18,768 nucleotides of DNA from a virus (Duplodnaviria > Heunggongvirae > Uroviricota > Caudoviricetes). The DNA lies in IMG/VR virus record IMGVR_UViG_2923618136_000001. One strand, 5' to 3'. Below, one piece after another: positions 1 through 6,395 of this stretch; the stretch's first letter is position 1, and every line of letters begins with the position of its first letter. A program made the translations under genes and the position numbers. The notes under the pieces were generated by a model that made no database searches, was not told the DNA's origin, and was given only the letters and a program-made list of their open reading frames with translations.

Positions 1-192
1 ATGAAGCAGATCGACAAGCAACTTCACGCCGAGATCGTCCGCCTGTACGGCGAGGGCAACAGCATCCGCGCCGTCGCGAAGGATGTCGAGCGCAGCTACG
101 GATACGTCTACAAGACCCTCACCGAAGCCGGGGTGGCCCTCCGCCCGCGTGGCGGCAGCAAGAAGAAGGACATCCCCGCCGAAGTGCAATGA
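1..192 (+). CDS. Small actinobacterial HTH DNA-binding protein (HTH_58 / SCO1839-Gbn-like), 63 aa
   Basis: Motif Y-x2-G-x-SIRA-x-A-x4-RSYG-x-V-x3-L-x-E-x-GV-x-LR-x-RGG matches, from memory, the small Streptomyces HTH family. It is convergent with the lysis genes and followed by a terminator. Confidence 0.8.
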   Translation: MKQIDKQLHAEIVRLYGEGNSIRAVAKDVERSYGYVYKTLTEAGVALRPRGGSKKKDIPAEVQ

Positions 193-206
193 GCAGGTGA
201 AACACA

Positions 207-251
207 AAGAACGCCCCGTCATCCCGATGTCCGGGATGACGGGGCGTTCTT
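207..251. terminator. Bidirectional intrinsic terminator
   Basis: Perfect 20-bp stem AAGAACGCCCCGTCATCCCG (207-226) / CGGGATGACGGGGCGTTCTT (232-251) with a 5-nt loop, between convergent stops at 192 and 266. The minus-strand tail is T-rich. Confidence 0.9.
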
Positions 252-265
252 CATGCGATCAGCGA

Positions 266-523
266 CTACCGCTGAGAGTCCGGCAGATCCGGGCGCGGCG
301 TGTGCCGCGCCTTCCAGCCGGCCAAGGCCGTCAGCGCGGTCGGCAGCAAGGGCAGGGTGATCATCTCCACCCAGTCAGGAAGGAACGAGATCAGCGACGC
401 ATCTGCAGCGACGGCCTGCAGGGCGGCAATACCGGCGATACCGGTCAGGTAGCTGACCAGCGTCATGGCCTTGACCTTGGCCTCGACCGGCTGCGTGTAC
501 GTGGGCTCGGGATCAGCGTGCAT
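266..523 (-). CDS. Putative holin, 85 aa
   Basis: Two hydrophobic segments with PVEAKVKA...GWKARHTPR, typical of actinophage holins, directly after the endolysin. ATG 523 is preceded by GAGGAGG; the ORF track start at GTG 553 has no RBS. Confidence 0.75.
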   Translation of the reverse strand: MHADPEPTYTQPVEAKVKAMTLVSYLTGIAGIAALQAVAADASLISFLPDWVEMITLPLLPTALTALAGWKARHTPRPDLPDSQR

Positions 524-545
524 GTGCCCCTCCTCAAGGGACAGG

Positions 546-562
546 CCCGCCACTGTGGCGGG
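546..562 (-). other. GC-rich hairpin upstream of the holin RBS
   Basis: CCCGCCA-CAG-TGGCGGG on the minus strand: 7-bp stem, 3-nt loop. Confidence 0.45.
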
Positions 563-574
563 ACGAATCAGAAG

Positions 575-596
575 ACGCCAGCGGTATTGCTAGCAT
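575..596 (-). repeat. Conserved intergenic hairpin motif, copy A
   Basis: Minus strand AT-GCTAGC-AATACC-GCTGGC-GT; same pattern at 16037-16058 and 18697-18718. Confidence 0.7.
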
Positions 597-1408
597 TAGG
601 TGAGCGCGGCCTCCCAGCATGCGGCGTCCCAGATCAGGTCGTCGGCGCCCTTCGGGATCTTCTTGGCGGCCTTGAACGCCTCGATCTTGGCGATCAGGTC
701 CGTGTCCTTCGGGTCGTACTTCGTGCTGTGCAGGTTCGCGGGCTCGTAGCCGCGAGCGAACAGCAGGCCGCGCAGGGTCTTGACGTGCCGGTGCTCGTCA
801 CCGGGCTTGAGGACGGGCAAGTTCTTCACCAGGGCCTCCGTGGTCAGAATCTTGGTCGGGATAGGCGGAACAGGCTTCGGGGTCGGAGAGGGCGGGCGAG
901 GCGCGCCCTTCTTGATCCAGGCGTACAGAGGGCCGCCGGGACAATTCGTAGCGAATCCGTCCTTGTGTCCCTTGATCTCGTTGCCTGCGTTGCCCTCGGC
1001 GCGCAGGTACTCGATCGCGTCCCTGATGCCGTGCAGCAGGAGATCGTTCGGCTCGGTGAACCCCAGCGACCCGACGAGCGCGAGCACCGCGTAATGCCCC
1101 GTGTTCAGGCCCGCGCCGTTCGCGGCCGGCAGCGCGTGCAGTCCGCGGCCGACGAACACCTGTCGGTGCGGACAACAGATCAGGCTGTAGCCGATGTCGA
1201 TGTACGGCTGCTCCCGCGCGCCCGCCATGTGCATGGTTTGGACCTGCCGGACGAGCTTGCCGCACTCCTCGTGGTCACGCTCGATCGCCGGGGGCACGTG
1301 ACCGCCCGTGTAGTGGATCTTCACGCCCTCGGTGCCGGGAATTCTGGTGTAGGACGCCGTGGGGGTCTTCGCTCCCCACGTGCGGCGACTGACGAGCTTG
1401 ATGCTCAT
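596..1408 (-). CDS. Endolysin: N-acetylmuramoyl-L-alanine amidase (Amidase_2/PGRP-like) with C-terminal PG-binding-like domain, 270 aa
   Basis: SRRTWGA, IHYTGG, DIGYS, VFVGRG and HKDGFATNCPG amidase motifs; Pro-rich linker; LPVLKPGD...VKTLRGLL binding-domain motif. RBS AAGGAGG before ATG 1408. Confidence 0.9.
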   Translation of the reverse strand: MSIKLVSRRTWGAKTPTASYTRIPGTEGVKIHYTGGHVPPAIERDHEECGKLVRQVQTMHMAGAREQPYIDIGYSLICCPHRQVFVGRGLHALPAANGAGLNTGHYAVLALVGSLGFTEPNDLLLHGIRDAIEYLRAEGNAGNEIKGHKDGFATNCPGGPLYAWIKKGAPRPPSPTPKPVPPIPTKILTTEALVKNLPVLKPGDEHRHVKTLRGLLFARGYEPANLHSTKYDPKDTDLIAKIEAFKAAKKIPKGADDLIWDAACWEAALT

Positions 1409-1447
1409 GCTGGTATCCGCCCTCCTTGCTTGATGTCCGATGTCCAC

Positions 1448-1882
1448 TCAGCCCTGGCTGTCGGCACCACTGCCTCCGGTACCGTCTGCGGTCATGGCAG
1501 TGACGCCAGCGCTACCGCTGGCATCGGTGGAGTTGTTGATGATCGAGATGGTTCCGGCGAGCTGGTGCTGATCCAGGTGAGCGGCCAGGCCGTCCTCCAC
1601 CCGGCGCACGCCGCGCTCCAGCCGGTCCACCGCATCCCTGAGCGACGTCCCGTGGTTGGGACGCAACTGCTCCTCTATCGTCGTGATCCGCTGAGGGAAG
1701 CCCGGCCGCGCCGCGACCCCGGGCCGCGCCGCCTCGCCCTGCCAGTCGTCGAGGAAGTTCTTCAAGCTGGCGAACGTCCGCCACAGCCAGGTCACGCCCC
1801 GGCTGAGCATCGCCAGCAAGCCCAGACCGCCGGCCACCATCCCCGCGATCACGAACACGTCTAGTGCCGGGTTCCCGGTCAT
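1448..1882 (-). CDS. Membrane protein of the lysis cassette (DUF2746-like), 144 aa
   Basis: N-terminal TM segment, then the LRPNHGTSLRDAVDRLE motif typical of actinophage pre-lysin genes. ATGA overlap with the upstream gene. Confidence 0.7.
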   Translation of the reverse strand: MTGNPALDVFVIAGMVAGGLGLLAMLSRGVTWLWRTFASLKNFLDDWQGEAARPGVAARPGFPQRITTIEEQLRPNHGTSLRDAVDRLERGVRRVEDGLAAHLDQHQLAGTISIINNSTDASGSAGVTAMTADGTGGSGADSQG

Positions 1883-2547
1883 CGGGCCCCTTCCAAGGTC
1901 TGGCCGACGAACGTGGCTGCGGGCTTCTCCTCGAACGTCGGCCTCATGGGCTGCTGGAGACTGGTCCGGTACCAGGCCACGGCCAGGCTGCGGGCCTTGA
2001 TCCGCAGCGGATCCAAGCGGGTCAGCTCCTTGATCGGTTCCAGCGGGTCAGGGGGCGCGACCCGGTTGGAGCCGACGTACAGCAGCGCGTCCTGCCTCAT
2101 CTGCCGCTGCTCCGGCTGCATACAGACCCGGTGTGTCTTGACGGACTCGATCCGGGCCAGGTGCGCGGCCAGCCGTTCGGCGTCCGGCACGTCCGGGGTC
2201 CAGCAGGTCGGCAGACCATGCGTGTCCTGCAGCACCGCGACCGCCGCCGGGTTCGTCAGCGACAGGGAGTCCTGCGGGTCCGGGATCCACGGCTCGTGCA
2301 AGATCACGTCTAGCAGCGTGTCCAGGTCTTCGGGGTCGATGGCGTACTCGGCCGCCCGCCACTCCATCGTGGAGTGCGGGAAAATGTGCATGTATACGCC
2401 GCCGTCCGGCCGGACTCGCGACACTCCCCATATCGGCTCGGCGCCGTCGTGGCTGCTGCGTTGCTCGGGGTGTTCCCCTCCGGACTGGGTGAGGCTGGTC
2501 GGCGTGTAGGCCAGCTCGGCGTCCCAGACGGTCCAGATTTCCGCCAC
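1879..2547 (-). CDS. Hub/fibre-2 partner protein (paralog of 5532-6014), 222 aa
   Basis: RBS AAAGGAG before GTG 2547. EWRAAEY...LDVILH and DPLEPIKELTRLDP align with the 160-aa protein. Confidence 0.75.
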   Translation of the reverse strand: MAEIWTVWDAELAYTPTSLTQSGGEHPEQRSSHDGAEPIWGVSRVRPDGGVYMHIFPHSTMEWRAAEYAIDPEDLDTLLDVILHEPWIPDPQDSLSLTNPAAVAVLQDTHGLPTCWTPDVPDAERLAAHLARIESVKTHRVCMQPEQRQMRQDALLYVGSNRVAPPDPLEPIKELTRLDPLRIKARSLAVAWYRTSLQQPMRPTFEEKPAATFVGQTLEGAR

Positions 2548-2570
2548 GTAGGCGCTCCTTTCAAAAACGA

Positions 2571-5351
2571 TCAGTGGCGGTGAGACCACCAGTAGAAGCC
2601 CTTGCCGGACCGGACTCCTCCGCCGTCCGACCAGGCCAGGCTGAAATCCGTTGGTGTCGAGGCGTCCTCGCACCAGTTGAAGTTCGGGGTGAGCGCGCCG
2701 TCTCTGACGACCGCGACCGGCCCCATGTTGGAGGCCATCGACGGCCCGTAGGTGATCGTCACGCCGTAGTAGCCGGACGGCACCGTGCCTGACCCGGCGT
2801 GGACCGCCGAGTACGACGAGTGCGTTGTGGTGTCCCAGAACCGGCCTTGGAGGTAGTACCGGCCGGTGGCGTTGTTATGGATGTAGGTCTCGGTGGAGGA
2901 GATCCCATCGCTGTAGCCGAACTGGCCGTAGCCCTCGGCCACGTCCAGGCCGCCGCCGTTGTTGCCGGATCCGGAGTTGTCGCGGATCCGCAACCGGATC
3001 AGTCCGGCCGCGACCTGCAGCTCCGCGCGGGCCGAGTTGAACTGGTTGCTGCCACTCGTGATGAACGTGGTGGTTTCGCCGGGATACATGCCGTCGACCG
3101 CGTAGAACCGCGAGTAGTTGCTGTTCCCGGCCGGATAAAACCGCAGGTCCAAGGTGGCGGAGTCGAGCACGAACCGCTGCCCGGTCGCCGCCGAACGCAC
3201 CACTGAGCCCGTGATGGTCTTACCGGTGATCGCGTCAGCGGCGATCTTCGCGGCCGTAATGGCATTCGCGGAGATCTTGTCAGCTGTGATCGCGTTCGCT
3301 GCGATGCGCCCGGCCTGGATCGCCCCCACAGCGATCTTGTCGGCCTCGATGGCGTTGGCCTGAATGTGCCCGGCCTGGACCGCGAGCGCCTGAATCAGAC
3401 CACCCGTGATCGTCCCAGCGACGATCTTTGCTTCACCGGGGATGGTCCCGTCGATGATGTGCTCAGCGCCATCGATGACCTGACCGATCACGTCCGTGTC
3501 GACCAGGGCCACCGTGGCGACGACTCCGTGCGCCGACTCCTCGGACTCGTTGCCAGACCGGTCCACACTGGTCAGCCAGATTTCCCGATCCGCGCCGTAC
3601 GGCTGGCCAGGGATCACCACCGACCCGCGCGCGTCGAGAGAGCCGACGTCGACCGCCCCCGGCGCGAGCGGATCCTGCATCCACACCCGGACCCGCTCGA
3701 AGTCGGCGGGCATCGGCACGCCACCAGCACCCAGGCCGTCCCACTCCACGTGGATCACACCCAACCGGGTGGACAACGCCGGCGTGCTCGGCACGGGCGG
3801 CGCGTAGGGGTCGTCCGGGATCAGCACGGCGACAGCCGCCGAGAACTCGCCCTTCACGCCGTCGTTGACTCCGCGGACCTTGAAGCCGTACTCCCAGCCC
3901 ACGACCAGCGGCGACACCTCCGCCGTGGTGTCGGCCTGCGCGGTCTGCGCGACCAGGAACCACAGCTGGCCCTCCTCGTTGCGGCGGGCGTAGACCTCGT
4001 AGCCGTCGACGGTGACCGCGACGCCGTTGACGTCGCCGATGACCGGCGCCCACGTCACCACGGCGAGGCCCTGGGCGTAACCCGATGAGTCGAGGTAGGC
4101 GACCGGCTCGACGATCAGCCCGACCGGCGCGGCCGGAACCCGGCCGCTGGAGTCCGGAGCCGGGGTCGCGCCCGATCCTCCGGAGGCGACGCCGCCGGTG
4201 AGGATCCCCGCCGCCTGGCGGGCGAGCCGAATGTCTCTCTCCAAGAACCGGTCGTTGAGGGTGAGGTTGCCGCTGATCAGCCCAGACGCATCACACGACA
4301 GGGTGATCTGCCGGACCCGCAGCGACTGCATCACGCTCTGGTCGCCGGGCGCGCGGATGTAGTCGCCGGGCGCGTAATGCGCAAGCGGTAGTGATAGCGC
4401 CATATACGGCTTGATGGACCGGGTGAGCTGCACCCGCTCCCCGGCCGCCCGCTCCAACGCGTTCTGGCCAAGGAGCTGCGCAGTGCCCTCGTCTGTCACG
4501 CCGCCCTGGCTCTGGTAGGTCTCCCACCTCCCCCACGGCATCACCGCGGACGGGTTGGTCACCTCCACCTGCAGGCCGGCCTCACCCACGATCAGGATGG
4601 ACGAGGCGGCGTCCTCGAACGTCGCGTCGTCCGGCGCTGAGTCGATGTCACGTCCCAGCCGCAGCTCGACCGGCCCCGCCCCGGAGGCGAGGTCGCGGGC
4701 CAGCACGGTGCCCTCATTGAAGACCCTCAGCGTGCGGCCCTGCATGCACCAGTCGATGACGCCCTGGTCGGCCAGGTTGATCAACAGCGTCAGCAGGTCG
4801 GTGCCCGGGTCCAGGCCGAGCGTCAGAATCTTCGCCCACGGCCGCCCGTCCGAGTCCTCGTCCGGCGTGAAGTCGATGTCCAGGAACCGCAGAGTGCCGC
4901 GCGCCTGCCCCTCGGCAACCAGGGTTGCCAGAATCGCCCCGGCTGGGACGGAGTTGAACGGGCGCTTGCCGTCGACCATGGCCAGGTTGGGATGCAGCAC
5001 GAGCTTGCGGAGCTGCCAGCCGTAGCCGGGGCAGTCATACGACCGCGTCCCGGTCTGGTCCGTGCCGTCGCCGCTCCTCTTGATCCGTAAGAACCGGGCG
5101 TTCTCCGGCTCCAGCCACGGGCCGCCATCGATGGAGAATTCCATGGCGATCTCGCACGGCTGTGCGAGCCGGGAGGCGTCGGCGGCGACCGAGCTGTAGG
5201 CCAACCGCAGCGACGACACGTCATTGAGCGGCATCCCAGCGTCCCAACCCAGATGCTCGGGCAACACGCCGAGGCGCGGCCCGTTCGGGGAGTAGACGAC
5301 CAGCCGCAGCCCATACCGCTGCGGGGTGCCGGGAATGATGAGGTCAGGCAC
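2571..5351 (-). CDS. Tail hub / central fibre protein 2, 926 aa
   Basis: N-terminal hub-like region, two FN3-like domains (YGFKVRGVN; WLTSVDRSGNES), about 7-8 ten-residue AANAITADKI-type repeats, and a C-terminal lectin-like tip. Paralogous to 6396-9131. Confidence 0.8.
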   Translation of the reverse strand: MPDLIIPGTPQRYGLRLVVYSPNGPRLGVLPEHLGWDAGMPLNDVSSLRLAYSSVAADASRLAQPCEIAMEFSIDGGPWLEPENARFLRIKRSGDGTDQTGTRSYDCPGYGWQLRKLVLHPNLAMVDGKRPFNSVPAGAILATLVAEGQARGTLRFLDIDFTPDEDSDGRPWAKILTLGLDPGTDLLTLLINLADQGVIDWCMQGRTLRVFNEGTVLARDLASGAGPVELRLGRDIDSAPDDATFEDAASSILIVGEAGLQVEVTNPSAVMPWGRWETYQSQGGVTDEGTAQLLGQNALERAAGERVQLTRSIKPYMALSLPLAHYAPGDYIRAPGDQSVMQSLRVRQITLSCDASGLISGNLTLNDRFLERDIRLARQAAGILTGGVASGGSGATPAPDSSGRVPAAPVGLIVEPVAYLDSSGYAQGLAVVTWAPVIGDVNGVAVTVDGYEVYARRNEEGQLWFLVAQTAQADTTAEVSPLVVGWEYGFKVRGVNDGVKGEFSAAVAVLIPDDPYAPPVPSTPALSTRLGVIHVEWDGLGAGGVPMPADFERVRVWMQDPLAPGAVDVGSLDARGSVVIPGQPYGADREIWLTSVDRSGNESEESAHGVVATVALVDTDVIGQVIDGAEHIIDGTIPGEAKIVAGTITGGLIQALAVQAGHIQANAIEADKIAVGAIQAGRIAANAITADKISANAITAAKIAADAITGKTITGSVVRSAATGQRFVLDSATLDLRFYPAGNSNYSRFYAVDGMYPGETTTFITSGSNQFNSARAELQVAAGLIRLRIRDNSGSGNNGGGLDVAEGYGQFGYSDGISSTETYIHNNATGRYYLQGRFWDTTTHSSYSAVHAGSGTVPSGYYGVTITYGPSMASNMGPVAVVRDGALTPNFNWCEDASTPTDFSLAWSDGGGVRSGKGFYWWSHRH

Positions 5352-5535
5352 CGAACCCCCCGCTCACCGCCCCCGTGAACTGCTGCTCAAGCTGGTTCAC
5401 GCGCTCTTGGAGCTGCTCCACAGCGGTCGCCAGGACCGCGTTTTCATACGTCAGCGCATCAACCTGCGCGCTGTACCTCTGGCGCAGCGCTGCCACTGTC
5501 TTCTGTAGATCCACCGACACGTCGGTCATGCTCAC
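5344..5535 (-). CDS. Small coiled-coil protein, 63 aa
   Basis: Heptad-like LATAVEQLQERVNQLEQQ; overlaps both neighbours (coupled); AGGGAG lies before the alternative ATG 5529. Confidence 0.7.
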   Translation of the reverse strand: MSMTDVSVDLQKTVAALRQRYSAQVDALTYENAVLATAVEQLQERVNQLEQQFTGAVSGGFGA

Positions 5536-6014
5536 TCCCTGTTGCTGAGCCTGAATCGGTCGATCTCCATACGGATCGCCGCCGTCTTGATCGGGTCGAT
5601 CCGCGTCTGATCCCGGATGACCTGCAGCGGATCAGCCGCCTTGGCCGCGCGGGCGGCCCCCGCCGCCGCGGCGGTGATGGTTCCGTAACGCTCCTTGCAG
5701 ATGGCGAGCTGCTCAGTCACCTGCGCGCGAGCGGCCTCGACGTCGAGCAGGCCGGGCGCCGGCATGTCCAGCTCCCCGGCCGCGTGAGCGGGCGCGAGCA
5801 ACGCCGCATGCAGGATCACGTCCAGGGCTTCATCGACGGTGGCCAGGCCGTACTCCGCTGCCCGAACCTCGATCGCTTCCTTCGGCACGTAGGAAGCGAA
5901 CCCCGAGCTCGGGTCGCCGTCGACCGGCTCGTAGGTGATCAGCCACGCGTCCTCGCCGGGACTGCTCACCTCGCGGACCTGAGTGATACGCCACTGCTGG
6001 ACCGGCATCGTCAC
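5532..6014 (-). CDS. Hub/fibre-1 partner protein (paralog of 1879-2547), about 160 aa
   Basis: EVRAAEY...LDVILH and DPLQVIRDQTRIDP motifs. GTGA overlap with the 122-aa gene; start could be 6017, 6014 or 6008. Confidence 0.75.
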   Translation of the reverse strand: MTMPVQQWRITQVREVSSPGEDAWLITYEPVDGDPSSGFASYVPKEAIEVRAAEYGLATVDEALDVILHAALLAPAHAAGELDMPAPGLLDVEAARAQVTEQLAICKERYGTITAAAAGAARAAKAADPLQVIRDQTRIDPIKTAAIRMEIDRFRLSNRE

Positions 6015-6379
6015 CACTCGGCCGACGGGATCGCCACGCCGCTGAAAGTGAACGTGACCGTCTCCTCGTAGTCCCTGTAGCGCCGGACCACGACCGTGTT
6101 GCTACCGTCAGCCAACGCCTGCGCGGCGTCCTGCGCGGCAGTGGAAGGGTCGATGAAACCCTCGGGCGGATGCTCGAAGTGCTCCACCGCCCACCGGTAT
6201 GTCGTCGGGGAGACCGGGACACGGAACGCGACGTACCACTGCTCACCGGGGCGGTACACGGTGGATCCGTCAGGCAGGAAGATTCCCCACATCATTCCTG
6301 GGCTCTTGAGCACCTCTACGGCCGCCTCATCGAGCGCGGCAACATCAGGGGTAACGGAATCCCCGTTGATCCAAAACAT
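6011..6379 (-). CDS. Hypothetical protein downstream of hub/fibre 1, 122 aa
   Basis: Strong RBS GAAGGAGG before ATG 6379; fills the gap in a tightly packed operon. Confidence 0.75.
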   Translation of the reverse strand: MFWINGDSVTPDVAALDEAAVEVLKSPGMMWGIFLPDGSTVYRPGEQWYVAFRVPVSPTTYRWAVEHFEHPPEGFIDPSTAAQDAAQALADGSNTVVVRRYRDYEETVTFTFSGVAIPSAEW

Positions 6380-6395
6380 GGTCCTCCTTCATCGA

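Noticed and set aside
523-562. Lambda-S-like holin/antiholin dual start (GTG 553 inside a hairpin versus ATG 523)
   Set aside because: GTG 553 has no SD, and the extension is acidic rather than carrying the basic residue of dual-start antiholins; ATG 523 has a strong SD.
83-1864. 593-aa plus-strand ORF, and similar long ORFs at 6096-7961, 7974-9209, 11215-12882 and 12024-12998
   Set aside because: Shadow frames of real genes in high-GC DNA: Arg/Gly/Pro-rich, no RBS, and fully overlapping well-supported genes.
2571-3200. Diversity-generating retroelement target at the fibre tips
   Set aside because: No reverse transcriptase and no near-identical template/variable repeat pair visible in the window.
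6011-6379. 122-aa protein as a third member of the partner family
   Set aside because: It lacks the RAAEY, LDVILH and DPL motifs; the resemblance is limited to a few aromatic residues.
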